From the NCBI GenBank assembly GCA_965205215.1, contig OZ242041.1, positions 2,034,240-2,098,239 of the forward strand: 64,000 nucleotides of DNA, given 5' to 3'. This DNA comes from Nitrosopumilus sp. GTDB lineage: Archaea > Thermoproteota > Nitrososphaeria > Nitrososphaerales > Nitrosopumilaceae. The notes beneath the pieces were generated by a model, which saw only the letters and a program-made list of their open reading frames with translations, had not been told where the DNA came from and did no database searches. The translations under genes were made by a program, and so were the position numbers. Of the stretch, positions 38,977 to 49,007 are shown in pieces (position 1 is the stretch's first letter; every line of letters starts with the position of its first letter).

Positions 38977-39978
38977 TCACATCCTCATGGTGAACCAGCC
39001 GCCTTGGCCGCTGCCGTCCCCCACGCGCATACTTCTCATGTATGTGAGCGCCCCCTGCTCGCCGCCCTCCCCCTCCGGCAGCAGGTTCCAGCACGAGGAG
39101 GCGGTGGCAGACACGGTGCCCGTGCTCAGCGAGTACCTGTGGGCCAACAGCTCGCAGTCGGCCCCGGGCCATTGGCCCCTGCACCCGATGCACAGTATGT
39201 AGCGATCCCTCGGGATTGCAAGCTTTATGCGCCTGACCACCTCGTACCTCGAGTCGCCGTACGGGACGACGTCTATGTACCCGTCGGACTCGAACACCTT
39301 GACGTTGCGCCGCATTGGCGCGCCGGCGCCCGCCATCGCGCGGATGATCATATCTGCGCTGTATTTTTTGGCGCCGGCGCCGCCGCTGTTTTTGATCGAT
39401 ACCTGGCCTCCGCAATATGTAACGTCGTATTCCGAGATCATGTCGCTTGACTCGATCGCGTTAGTGACAAACTCAACGTGATCGTTATTTGCACGAGTTT
39501 GGCTTGCCTCCGCATCGCTCAGCGCCCTGATGTCGGTCCCGTTGCAATATCCGACACGCGTGTCATCCCAGTATTCGGGCCTTATCATGTGCCGGAGCTC
39601 CGCGGCCATCGATTCGTGGCCGCTCCTTGACGCGATTCCGACTATAATTCCGCCGCGCATAATTCTTTCAAGCTCGGCGCCAATCTCCTTGAGCGGCATG
39701 GTGTGTCCGCCGCCGTAATCGCGCAGCACCCCCTCGTATCCGAATATTATGGCGCCGAACTTTTTGGAGCTTAGATCCCCCACGAACCGGGTCAGGAGCC
39801 TGGCCCGGGTTATGCCCCGCGAGTCGGACATCTCGTCACCGCCAAACTTTCTGCGGAGCGCCGTCATGCCCCTCCCCGTTACGACGGGCATCCCGGCCCT
39901 TGGATTACCCGCGCGCGCGTCACCGCCGTTGGAGCCACGGGTGTCGCCGATGCTGCTGCTGCTGCTGCCGCCGTTCAT
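38977..39978 (-). CDS. HAD-superfamily-like protein with degenerate catalytic motifs
   Basis: IIFGYEGVL (for FDxDGT), ASRSG, IGCRG..PGAD (for GD..ND); TTTATTT box upstream. Confidence 0.6.
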   Translation of the reverse strand: MNGGSSSSSIGDTRGSNGGDARAGNPRAGMPVVTGRGMTALRRKFGGDEMSDSRGITRARLLTRFVGDLSSKKFGAIIFGYEGVLRDYGGGHTMPLKEIGAELERIMRGGIIVGIASRSGHESMAAELRHMIRPEYWDDTRVGYCNGTDIRALSDAEASQTRANNDHVEFVTNAIESSDMISEYDVTYCGGQVSIKNSGGAGAKKYSADMIIRAMAGAGAPMRRNVKVFESDGYIDVVPYGDSRYEVVRRIKLAIPRDRYILCIGCRGQWPGADCELLAHRYSLSTGTVSATASSCWNLLPEGEGGEQGALTYMRSMRVGDGSGQGGWFTMRM

Positions 39979-40045
39979 GCCCTTGGAGCCTGCGGTGCCC
40001 AAATAAAGACTGGTTCGGTGCCGCAAGCCGTGGGCGCTGCCAAGA

Positions 40046-40576
40046 CTACGCGGGAGGCCTTGCGGCATCGGATCTCTTGACGTACTCGTCGGACTCTGAG
40101 AGCAGGGACTCTGTCCTCTGGAGCGACTCGCGCAGGTGCGCGTCGGAGATGCCGTCCGGTCCCCCCTCTTCGATCAGGCTGGCCACCGCCTGGGTCTCTG
40201 CCACGTACGTGTTAAACGACCTGAGCGCCTCGCCGTACAGTATGTAACTTTCCTGCCACTCCTCCGGGGGCTTTGAGGTGATGAACTCGCGTATCTGCAT
40301 GGCAGTCTGCGTCGAGGTGGTCTCCGAGCTTCTTGTGTACTGGGCCGCCGTGATCTCGCCGTCCAGTAACATCTCAAACTCGATCGCGGTGGATTCGACC
40401 AGAACCTCGTGTATGTTCTTGACGCTGTCAAGGTACTCCTTGTGGTCTGATATCACAAAGGTGGCCTGGTTTGACGCGCCGCCGCCACCGCTCCCCGGCA
40501 GCCAGGCCAGAAAACTTGCGCCGGTAATGCCGGCCAGTATAACCGCCGTTATGACAATTCCCCGTTTGGAGGCCAA
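40046..40576 (-). CDS. Hypothetical membrane-anchored helical protein
   Basis: N-terminal TM; coding-like ORF. Confidence 0.7.
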   Translation of the reverse strand: MASKRGIVITAVILAGITGASFLAWLPGSGGGGASNQATFVISDHKEYLDSVKNIHEVLVESTAIEFEMLLDGEITAAQYTRSSETTSTQTAMQIREFITSKPPEEWQESYILYGEALRSFNTYVAETQAVASLIEEGGPDGISDAHLRESLQRTESLLSESDEYVKRSDAARPPA

Positions 40577-40827
40577 TACCGGTTGTCAGTGCACGTAACT
40601 TATAATTCGTGGGCGCGACATCATGCGGCTATTCTGATCAAAAAATCCACGAAATGCCCGCAATACGTGCAATTCTTGTATTATTGCATTATAAAACGCA
40701 CGATTCAGCGATTTCCCCCCTTCTAGAGGAACCCGAAGGGCGGAATTTATACATAAAAAATTAATTATATTGTTAAACAAATTTCACTGACTCTTACTAT
40801 ATACATGCACAGAAAAGCAATTTTGAA

Positions 40828-40971
40828 ATGGTTGAAGCATATTGCGTCAAATGCAGAGCAAAGTGTGAGATCAAGAACCCACAAGAGACCACGCTAAAGA
40901 ACGGAAGGCCAGCCGTCAAGGGCACCTGTCCCGTATGTGGAACCGGCGTCTTTAGGATTGGCAAGCCATAA
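40828..40971 (+). CDS. 47-aa basic zinc-ribbon protein (DUF5679-like)
   Basis: MVEAYCVKC..KNGRPAVKGTCPVCGT.VFRIGK; below ORF-track length cutoff; AT-rich promoter region upstream. Confidence 0.8.
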   Translation: MVEAYCVKCRAKCEIKNPQETTLKNGRPAVKGTCPVCGTGVFRIGKP

Positions 40972-41035
40972 CACCCGGAGTTCCGACTCCATTTTTTCAA
41001 AACCCATATAGCGTGTGCTGTCGAGGGCCCCTGTA

Positions 41036-41467
41036 ATGGCGGCAAAAGACTACGAGGCCCTGCTCAAGAGGATCGAGGGGGAGATCGGCCGGGGGCAGAG
41101 GCGCGACGACGGCCGGTCCGCGCGGTTCGAGCTGCCGGTGGTCGACGTGATGCGGGAGGGGCAGAAGACCTTTCTGCGGAACTTTGCAGAGTTCCCAAAG
41201 GTGCTGAGGCGCGATCCGGACAAGCTGCTCCAGTACCTGTCAAAGGAGTTCGCGGTGCCGGCCGAGCGGATAGGCGACAAGGCCATGTTCATCGGCAGGA
41301 GGGACCCCGACGACTTTACGCGTCTGTTCCAGATATACGTAAAGGACTATCTCGAGTGCCCCACCTGCAAGAGCCCGGACACGAAGACGTCCAGGGAGAA
41401 CCGGATATCGTTTCTGATATGCGAGGCGTGCGGGGCAAAATCCACGCTAAAGGGCAAGTACGCGTGA
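41036..41467 (+). CDS. Translation initiation factor 2 beta subunit
   Basis: RF.LP..T...NF..CPTCKSPDT..CEACGA. Confidence 0.93.
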   Translation: MAAKDYEALLKRIEGEIGRGQRRDDGRSARFELPVVDVMREGQKTFLRNFAEFPKVLRRDPDKLLQYLSKEFAVPAERIGDKAMFIGRRDPDDFTRLFQIYVKDYLECPTCKSPDTKTSRENRISFLICEACGAKSTLKGKYA

Positions 41468-41471
41468 TAGC

Positions 41472-41771
41472 ATGTTTTCGGCGCGCGTCTCCGAATACCA
41501 AGGAAACATGATGCTCAACATGTGCGATGCGGAACTGCTCGGCAGGAGCATAGGACAGGAGGGCGACGATCACACCATGCACATCAGCGAGGAATATTAT
41601 GGCGGGGAAATAATATCCAGAGAAAAGGCGTCGAGGCTGCTCAGGGACTCGTCCATCATCAACATGGCCGGAGAAAAGGCCGTCTCGCTGGCCGCCGAGC
41701 TCGGCGTCGGCTCAAGGGACGGCGCCAGAATAATATCCAACGTTCCGTTTCTCCTGATTTTCAAAATGTAG
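41472..41771 (+). CDS. DUF424-family protein
   Basis: CDAELLG..YYGG..IINM.G..AV. Confidence 0.85.
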   Translation: MFSARVSEYQGNMMLNMCDAELLGRSIGQEGDDHTMHISEEYYGGEIISREKASRLLRDSSIINMAGEKAVSLAAELGVGSRDGARIISNVPFLLIFKM

Positions 41772-42148
41772 GCTATGCGCCCGTGTGACGGGATCGTACG
41801 CGCCAAACATGATCCAAATTTAAAATGACGGCCTGAAATCTGTTGCCGCAGTGCGCGAAGTTGTTATGCGCATGGCGGGTAATTTTGCTGTCGGTGACTA
41901 TATTGGATATGGCAGATACGATCTTTCATGCAATGCGGGGGCCGGCGCGCCGCGCCACACAGCGCCGCGTACGGGCCCGGCGCGCGTCCACGAGCTGATA
42001 ATATGATCAACTCTATGCGCCCGGCCGCCGCATGCGGCTACATGGCATCGCGCCGCACGCCCCGCCTGAAAACCGTAGGGTTCGTCCGGCGGCGGGGCCA
42101 TGCAAGCCGGACGGAAATCAATTTTAGCCGGCGGCGCGATACACTGTC

Positions 42149-43048
42149 ATGAGCAGGGGGACGGGCAGCCATACCGGCGATGATCATAACGGGCATGGTG
42201 ACGGCGATGGCGGCATGCAGGACGGCCCGGCCCCCGGCGAGGCATTTGAGGAGATGCTAGAGCCCAAGCTGCACCACCGCAGGCGGAGGGAGCTGGCAGA
42301 CGGCTTCAAGAAGAACAAGGTGGTAAACGAGGTGCTTGACAAGCGCACCGTGATGACCCTCTACAAGATGATAACTGACGGCATACTCTCAGGCGTCAAC
42401 GGCTCGGTGAGCGCAGGCAAGGAGTCGCTGGTGTTCTGGGGCCTGGGCCCCACGGGGGCGGACGTCGCCCTCAAGATATACCTGGTCAGCACCTCCAACT
42501 TCAAGCGCCGGCAGGCATACATGGAGGGCGACCCGAGGTTTGCCTCAGTCAGGGGGGGCACGCGCAACATGGTGTACCTCTGGGCAAGAAAGGAGTTCCG
42601 CAACCTGACGCAGTGCGCCGAGGCCGGCATTCCCGTTCCGAGGCCCATCCATGTCGCAAACAACGTCCTGGCAATGGAGTTCATAGACGCGGGACACGCC
42701 CCCGATTCTGGCGTCGACGACGACGGCAGCGCCAGAGGCCGCCCTGCCGCGCAGCTGCTGCACTGGCCTGTCGACGACAGCGACTACCGCGGGGCCCTGT
42801 CCATGCTCAGGGACATGTATGCAAAGGCAAACCTCGTACACGGGGACTACTCAGAGTATAACATTTTCAAGGTGCGCGGCAGGGGGCTTGTCGTGTTCGA
42901 CCTGGGGTCTGCAGTGGACCGGCGGCACCCTAACGCGCGCATGTTTCTTCAAAGAGATATTAACAACATTACAAGATTCTTTGAGAAGAAGGGGGTAAGC
43001 GTGGACGATCCAGGCCGTATCATGGAGGAGATGACATCATCATCATGA
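42149..43048 (+). CDS. rio1: RIO1-family serine/threonine kinase
   Basis: GKES.V, W..KEFRNL, VHGDYSEYNI, DLGSAV..HP. Confidence 0.92.
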   Translation: MSRGTGSHTGDDHNGHGDGDGGMQDGPAPGEAFEEMLEPKLHHRRRRELADGFKKNKVVNEVLDKRTVMTLYKMITDGILSGVNGSVSAGKESLVFWGLGPTGADVALKIYLVSTSNFKRRQAYMEGDPRFASVRGGTRNMVYLWARKEFRNLTQCAEAGIPVPRPIHVANNVLAMEFIDAGHAPDSGVDDDGSARGRPAAQLLHWPVDDSDYRGALSMLRDMYAKANLVHGDYSEYNIFKVRGRGLVVFDLGSAVDRRHPNARMFLQRDINNITRFFEKKGVSVDDPGRIMEEMTSSS

Positions 43049-43635
43049 TGTTTGACAAGATGATCCGAATACCGCACGAGCGGGTGGCGGTGCTGATCGG
43101 AAAAAAAGGCTCGGTGAAATCCGAGATAGAGCGCAGGTGCGGGGTCGCTATCTCAGTGGACGGCTCAACCGGCGAGGTGTGGGTGTCCGCGGAGGGTGAC
43201 GCGGCCGGCGAGAAGTACGCCCCCTTCAAGGCAGTAGAGATAGTAATGGCCATCGGCAGGGGTTTTGCGCCCGACATCGCCATGACGCTGCTCGAGGATG
43301 AGAACTCGCTGCACGTGATAAGCCTGGCCGATTTCGGGGGCAAGTCGCGCGCCAACATCGAGAGGATAAGGGGTAGGATTATAGGAGAGCGCGGCAGAGC
43401 AAGGAAAAACATGGAGCAGCTCAGCGGCACCCGGATATCCGTATATGGAAAGACGGTTTCGATTATCGGGGCAGGAAGCAGGCTGAAGCGCGCCGCCGAC
43501 GCGGTCGGCGCAATATCCGGTGGAAGCATGCACGGGGCGGTATACAACCGGCTCGAGGCCGCGAACCGGCGGCAGAGGCAGGAACGAATGATCCTGTGGG
43601 AAGAGAAGACGGGTGTCGTTCATGGTTCAGATTAA
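43045..43635 (+). CDS. KH-domain rRNA-processing protein (Dim2/Pno1-like)
   Basis: LIGKKG, AIGRGF, GRIIGERG, HG.VY. Confidence 0.9.
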   Translation: MMFDKMIRIPHERVAVLIGKKGSVKSEIERRCGVAISVDGSTGEVWVSAEGDAAGEKYAPFKAVEIVMAIGRGFAPDIAMTLLEDENSLHVISLADFGGKSRANIERIRGRIIGERGRARKNMEQLSGTRISVYGKTVSIIGAGSRLKRAADAVGAISGGSMHGAVYNRLEAANRRQRQERMILWEEKTGVVHGSD

Positions 43636-45922
43636 GGAGCGGTTCAACCAGATCTCGCCGAGCGAATTCTTCTACAGCAACAGGGACCTTGCAGGATTCA
43701 GCAACCCTACGCGCTCGCTGTATACTGCCGTCCGCGAACTGGTCGAGAACTCCCTTGACGCATGCGACCAGAAGGGCATACTTCCAAACGTGCACCTCAT
43801 GATAAAGGCAGTGGACCCGTCAAAGCCGGATCCGCGCCACTACATACTGACCGTCAAGGACAACGGTCCCGGGGTCGACGCAGACCACATACCGCTTGCG
43901 TTTGGAACGGTCCTGTACGGCTCAAAGTTCGGGCTCAAGCAGGCGCGCGGCATGTTCGGGCTCGGGGCCACCATGGCGATACTGTACGGGCAGATCACCA
44001 CCAACACGCCGGTCGTGGTGCACAGCTCCGTGGACGGAAAGACGCAGGACAGGTTTGAGATACTGCTCGACATACAGAAGAACAAGCCCGTGATAGTAAG
44101 GCACGAGACGCGCGAGGTGTCCAAGGTGGGGTTGTCGGTAAGCATATGCCTGGAGGGCGACTACTCAAAGGCCGGCTCCAAGATACGCGACTATGTGTAC
44201 GAGACGTCGCTGATTACGCCGTATGCGACCATAAAGTTTGACGATCCGAAGGGGCAGTCCTTTTCGCACCCCAGGTTCGTAAAGGAGATACCGCCCCCGC
44301 CCACCATAATCAGGCCGCACCCGCACGGGGTGGACGTGGAGCGCATACGGCGCATGATCGTCGAGTCGCAGTTTGACATACCCGTGGTGAACAGCGCGAT
44401 GATCTCAAAGATATGCAAGGACATAGGGGTCAAGAAGGACGCCGACTTTGCAAAGATAATGTCGCGCACCGCAAAAAAATGGAAGGGGCTCACGAGGCAC
44501 GTCAGGATCGTACTTGCCATGATGTCGTTTATGAAGATGGGATTCGACGCCATTAGCCGCGTCCGGATAGAGGACATCGACGTGGCAAACGGCCTGATAT
44601 CATACTGGGACTTTGCGACATCCGATACAAAGTCCGTCCCGATGAGCAGCGACAGCCCCTACTACAGGCAGCTTGCAAACACGGTTCAGGGAGAGCAGCT
44701 TGCGGCGTTCCTCACGAAGCGGTTCCAGCGCGTGGGCGCGAGCACGGCCGCCAAGTTTTCCGAGTTCGCGGGGTTCAAGCCGGAGAAGAGGGTGGGCACC
44801 CTGACGAACCAGGAGCTTGTGGGCCTGAGCGACTCGCTTCAAAAGTATGACGCGTTCTTGGCGCCCGACTCCAGCTGCCTTGCGCCCCTCGGAGCCGAGC
44901 CGCTTGAAAAGGGGATTGCAAAGTTCTTTGAGCCGGACTTTTCGGCGGTGGTGCAGCGGCCCGCGTCGGCGTACTCTGGATTCCCGTTCGTCGTGGAGAT
45001 GGGGATCGCGTACGGGGGGCAGATACCGTCCGGAGGTCCGCACGTGTACCGGTTTGCCAACCGCATCCCCCTGCTGTACGACGAGGGGAGCGACGTGGTA
45101 CTGAAGGTGGTAAACGACATCGACTGGGCCCGCTACAAGGTAAAGGGCGACCCGCCGTTTGTCATCGTGTCGCACATATGCTCCACGCGCGTCCCGTACA
45201 AGACGGCCGGAAAGGAGAACGTGGCCGACAGGCCCGAGATAGAGCGCGAACTGCGGCTGGCCCTGCAGTACCTGTCCAGAAAGCTTGCCGGCTACATGTC
45301 CAAGAGGGGGCAGGCCGAGGCTGCAAAGAGGCGCGCAAACCTGTACGCAAAATACGTTCCGATGATCGCCCAGTTCTGCACCGAACTGTCAGGCAGAAGG
45401 AAAGAGCCGGCATACCAGAAGGTTCTCCGAAATACGTCCTTTGGGAATACGCTTGACGCAGAGGTGGCATCGGCCTCATCATCATCATCATCATCATCGC
45501 TACAACAATCCAAGACCGGCGAGCGCGGTGCAAGCAGCGACCATGACGATAACGACGCGTCCGGCAACGGTCAGGATCAAACCGATGATGCAGCACCCGC
45601 CGGCGCGCCCGACATAAAAGGCAGTAGCTCCGACATCTCAGTTGGGGAAATGAAGGCGTTTGACGACACCGGCGGTACTTTGGTCTCCGCCCCCGGCGGC
45701 AGGAAAAAGGCTGCAGTCCGAAGAACCGCTGCATCCTCAAAGAAGGCCCGCTCTTCGAAGAAGGCCGCGCAGCAGCGGCAGCAGCGGCAGCAGCAGTCAC
45801 GCAAGGGAAAAAAGGCACTCGTGGCGGCGACTGTAAAGGTTCGGCGGCAGGGGCGGCGGCAGCAGCAGCAACAGAAAAGCGCCGGCCTCCACGCGGGCGG
45901 CAGTAGGGGGGCGGCGTCATAA
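43613..45922 (+). CDS. top6B: DNA topoisomerase VI subunit B with low-complexity C-terminal tail
   Basis: ELVENSLDA, DNGPG, Q.RG.FGLG, RFANRIPL. Confidence 0.96.
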   Translation: MSFMVQIKERFNQISPSEFFYSNRDLAGFSNPTRSLYTAVRELVENSLDACDQKGILPNVHLMIKAVDPSKPDPRHYILTVKDNGPGVDADHIPLAFGTVLYGSKFGLKQARGMFGLGATMAILYGQITTNTPVVVHSSVDGKTQDRFEILLDIQKNKPVIVRHETREVSKVGLSVSICLEGDYSKAGSKIRDYVYETSLITPYATIKFDDPKGQSFSHPRFVKEIPPPPTIIRPHPHGVDVERIRRMIVESQFDIPVVNSAMISKICKDIGVKKDADFAKIMSRTAKKWKGLTRHVRIVLAMMSFMKMGFDAISRVRIEDIDVANGLISYWDFATSDTKSVPMSSDSPYYRQLANTVQGEQLAAFLTKRFQRVGASTAAKFSEFAGFKPEKRVGTLTNQELVGLSDSLQKYDAFLAPDSSCLAPLGAEPLEKGIAKFFEPDFSAVVQRPASAYSGFPFVVEMGIAYGGQIPSGGPHVYRFANRIPLLYDEGSDVVLKVVNDIDWARYKVKGDPPFVIVSHICSTRVPYKTAGKENVADRPEIERELRLALQYLSRKLAGYMSKRGQAEAAKRRANLYAKYVPMIAQFCTELSGRRKEPAYQKVLRNTSFGNTLDAEVASASSSSSSSSLQQSKTGERGASSDHDDNDASGNGQDQTDDAAPAGAPDIKGSSSDISVGEMKAFDDTGGTLVSAPGGRKKAAVRRTAASSKKARSSKKAAQQRQQRQQQSRKGKKALVAATVKVRRQGRRQQQQQKSAGLHAGGSRGAAS

Positions 45923-47052
45923 TGGCAAGAAGTACAAAGCGCAGGGCCGCAAAAAAGGCAAAGGTCGACGCGGCGACAAAGGCAAAGATAAAGCAGAAGA
46001 ACATACTGGGTGAGCTCAAGGGGCACGGCGCCCGCATATACGACGACCTCAACAGGGGCAGGTTCCCCTCGTTCTCCATACCCAGCAGGTCGGTAAACAA
46101 CATCGTATTTGACGACGCGACCCGGCAGTACATACTGGGCAGCGCGTCTGCCATGCGCAGTTCGCACAACTCCTCGCAGCTCCGGTCGTTTACGCAGCTG
46201 ATGTGGCTTGCGTTCTTTGCAAACAGGCTCACAAAGGAGAAAAAGTCCTCGACCCTCAGGGACGTCTACTATTCGTCCCAGGCCTTTGCAATCGAGTTTG
46301 AGAACCAGTCCGAGTCGGACAACATCATCGTGGACCTGGAGGCCGTTACGTCAAGGCCGCGGGAGGACTTTCACATATTCCCAGAGGAGCGCAGCACCAT
46401 ATTCGGCGACCTCAGCGTAGAGTATACCATCCCGGGGTACGAGGGCAAGACGATGAACCTCTCAAACCATCCGGACGGGTACTCCATAGGCCCGAGCCTC
46501 ACCACCGCGGAGCTTGTCGACACCAGCGCCGAGATCGTAATCGCGATTGAGAAGGGCGGGCTGTTCACTAGGTTCGTGGAGGAGCAGGTGGACAAAAAAT
46601 TCAAGTCGATAATAGTGAACACAGGGGGGCAGGCTCCGCGCTCCACGCGTACGCTTCTCAAGCGGCTGCACGACGAGATGGGGCTGCCCATAATAATCCT
46701 GACTGACGGGGACGTGTACGGGGAGCACATCGCCATGGTGATAAAGTCCGGCTCCGCCAATGCGGCGCACCTGCGCGAGCTGACCGTCCCAGACGCAAAG
46801 TGGGTCGGGGTCTGGGCCACGGACATTGAAAAGTACAAGCTGCCCACCATACCAATGACAGAGTCGGACATCAAGAGGTGCCATGATCTGAAGAGCGATC
46901 CGAGGTATGCCTACGGCATATGGCGCAAGGAACTTGACGTGTTTCTGAGGCTCAAGCGCAAGGCGGAACTAGAGGCGTTCTCAAAATACGGGCTTACCAA
47001 CATCACGGACAAGTACCTTCCGCAGAAGCTCGAGCTTGCAAAGAGCCTGTGA
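45922..47052 (+). CDS. top6A: DNA topoisomerase VI subunit A
   Basis: TLRDVYY, IEK, TDGDVYG, KAELEA. Confidence 0.96.
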   Translation: MARSTKRRAAKKAKVDAATKAKIKQKNILGELKGHGARIYDDLNRGRFPSFSIPSRSVNNIVFDDATRQYILGSASAMRSSHNSSQLRSFTQLMWLAFFANRLTKEKKSSTLRDVYYSSQAFAIEFENQSESDNIIVDLEAVTSRPREDFHIFPEERSTIFGDLSVEYTIPGYEGKTMNLSNHPDGYSIGPSLTTAELVDTSAEIVIAIEKGGLFTRFVEEQVDKKFKSIIVNTGGQAPRSTRTLLKRLHDEMGLPIIILTDGDVYGEHIAMVIKSGSANAAHLRELTVPDAKWVGVWATDIEKYKLPTIPMTESDIKRCHDLKSDPRYAYGIWRKELDVFLRLKRKAELEAFSKYGLTNITDKYLPQKLELAKSL

Positions 47053-47069
47053 CCGTACCTGCATGACGG

Positions 47070-47552
47070 CTACCGGATTCTCAGCGTGAGCACGCCGTTC
47101 CTGTACTTGAAGTCCACTATCTGCATCTGCTCTGCCCCCTCTATGGGAACCTCCTTCCCGAACCCGCCCGAGCCGCGTATGTACAGCACGCCGTCGATCA
47201 GCCTGACGGCTATCTTGTCCTCGGGGCCCGGCACCTCCGCTACGAACACGGACTCGCCCTCGCCCTTCATCAAGTCGTACATCCAGTTCTTGCTCTCCTG
47301 CTCCCTGGCCTTTGTGTATGCGGGCTTGTGGTCCTGCGCAATCCCCTGCAGCATGCGTACCCAGTAGATCATGGTTATGGCCCCCGCCCCCACCAGGATG
47401 AAGCTTGCAAACCCCGCGTCAGTTCTCTGCGACATAAAGTAGACCGCTCCGACAAACATTATAGCTATAACGGGAAGCGCTATTCCAAACGACCGCTCGT
47501 TGCTGTAGGCTCCCTTGTAACTTGCCAAGTACGTTGACTCGGCGTCTGCCAA
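47070..47552 (-). CDS. Membrane protein with C-terminal Hsp20/alpha-crystallin-like domain
   Basis: Two TMs, then VAEVPG..Y.NGVL. Confidence 0.7.
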   Translation of the reverse strand: MADAESTYLASYKGAYSNERSFGIALPVIAIMFVGAVYFMSQRTDAGFASFILVGAGAITMIYWVRMLQGIAQDHKPAYTKAREQESKNWMYDLMKGEGESVFVAEVPGPEDKIAVRLIDGVLYIRGSGGFGKEVPIEGAEQMQIVDFKYRNGVLTLRIR

Positions 47553-47752
47553 ATATAAAAACGATGTTGATCCGGGGGGCGCGGGGCATCGGGGCCGGTC
47601 ACCTCTGCGGGCGCCGTCGCAGGGCGGGATCCAAGGATTGTGCCAATTTCGTATACCAACTGATCAGTTTTTTCTGCCGGGGGGGGTCTCGGCCCGTGCG
47701 TGCGACTGGGGTTTGAGAAGGTTTAGATTGCCAGTACGCCGCGCGCCCTGAC

Positions 47753-48619
47753 ATGTCAAAACTCCGCGTTCCCCCGCACCTAAAGAACTACGACACGCAG
47801 TACGGCAACCTTGCCTCATACAAGCATTACACTCGGCCTGCGGCATACAGGCTGTACGGAAGCTTCTCGGATGCCAAGAGCAAGCACCAAGCGGGAATGC
47901 AGGACATACTTCAGATCATGTTTGCAAACGGGGCGTGTACCACCTGGGACATGGCAAAGCTCATGCTGCGCACCCCCGACGTATCGCTGATCAGGACAAA
48001 GGAGAAGGGGTACAGGAGACTGTTCCTTGGAAGGTACGACACCAAAAAGCAGTCCGGAGGCATGCTCGACCTGGGACTGGTCGTCAGGGAGAAGAAGGGA
48101 CCCTACAGCAGGTACAGGCTATCACTGCACGGAATACTGTACTGCATGGACGTACTGAACCCGTCCCGCGACGATGTGGACCGAATGGCCCGCATGTATG
48201 CAGGCGTCCTTCCCAAGGTGTTTGGCAAGTGGGAGGCCCTCAAGTCGACAGTGGGCACGGACATATACAAGCTGAGAATCCTGGCCAAGGGGATCCTCCT
48301 GGACAACTCCGGGTCTGGCAACGCGCAGCTCTGCGAGATTATGTCGTTTCTGCAAACCAAGTACGCCCGAAGGTTCGAGTCCATCTCCGAGGAAGACCTG
48401 GCCGACCAGATATCATACTGGTTTTACACCTTTATGATGTACTACAAGTCGGCCAGCTCCAACGCGAGAATGTCTCAAGGCAGGATCGGCAGGGCCAGGA
48501 GGATGCTGCTGCGCGATCCCGAGATGTACGAGTGGTACCGGAGATTTTTCGAGGAGGCGGTAGATCGCTACCGGGAGAGGCTGAGATCCCTTACCAAGGA
48601 TAGCAGCTGGATCCTCTGA
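47753..48619 (+). CDS. Hypothetical protein, probable winged-helix regulator
   Basis: TTWDMAK..YRR..GLV..YRLSLHG. Confidence 0.65.
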   Translation: MSKLRVPPHLKNYDTQYGNLASYKHYTRPAAYRLYGSFSDAKSKHQAGMQDILQIMFANGACTTWDMAKLMLRTPDVSLIRTKEKGYRRLFLGRYDTKKQSGGMLDLGLVVREKKGPYSRYRLSLHGILYCMDVLNPSRDDVDRMARMYAGVLPKVFGKWEALKSTVGTDIYKLRILAKGILLDNSGSGNAQLCEIMSFLQTKYARRFESISEEDLADQISYWFYTFMMYYKSASSNARMSQGRIGRARRMLLRDPEMYEWYRRFFEEAVDRYRERLRSLTKDSSWIL

Positions 48620-48630
48620 GGGCGTCCGAG

Positions 48631-49002
48631 CTACTTTGCATGCCTGGCGATTGCCTTGGCCAGGTTTGCAAACTCGATGGGCTTCGGCAGCAGTCCTGAA
48701 AGCGACGTGTCTACCGCCCTTCTGTATTGCTCATCGTCGAGTGCATAGGCCGAGGTGAGGACAACCCTCGCGTCCGGGTCGAGTTTGGCTATGTGCAGCA
48801 GAGTCTCATAGCCGTCGATGCCGGGCATCTTAAAGTCCAGCAGGACGATGTCGGGCCCATACTCGGCATATTTTTCGACGGCCTCCTTGCCGTTTGAGGC
48901 TGGAATCACCTCGTGCCCGTAGTCGAGCAGCAGCAGCTGCATCGACTCAAGAAAGTCATGGTCGTCGTCAACCACAAGGATCTTTTTGGGCTTGACGGGC
49001 AT
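48631..49002 (-). CDS. Single-domain response regulator (CheY-like)
   Basis: ILVVDDD, LLDFKMP, TSA, KP. Confidence 0.92.
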   Translation of the reverse strand: MPVKPKKILVVDDDHDFLESMQLLLLDYGHEVIPASNGKEAVEKYAEYGPDIVLLDFKMPGIDGYETLLHIAKLDPDARVVLTSAYALDDEQYRRAVDTSLSGLLPKPIEFANLAKAIARHAK

Positions 49003-49007
49003 CCCAA

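Noticed and set aside
40720-40742. ORB-like TTCTAGAGGAAcccgaAGGG next to an AT-rich tract (possible replication origin)
   Set aside because: Single imperfect copy and no cdc6/orc1 in the window; divergent promoters can explain the AT richness.
41775-42145. Large intergenic gaps (also 51610-51950) checked for RNase P or SRP RNA
   Set aside because: No RNase P or SRP signature motifs were recognised.
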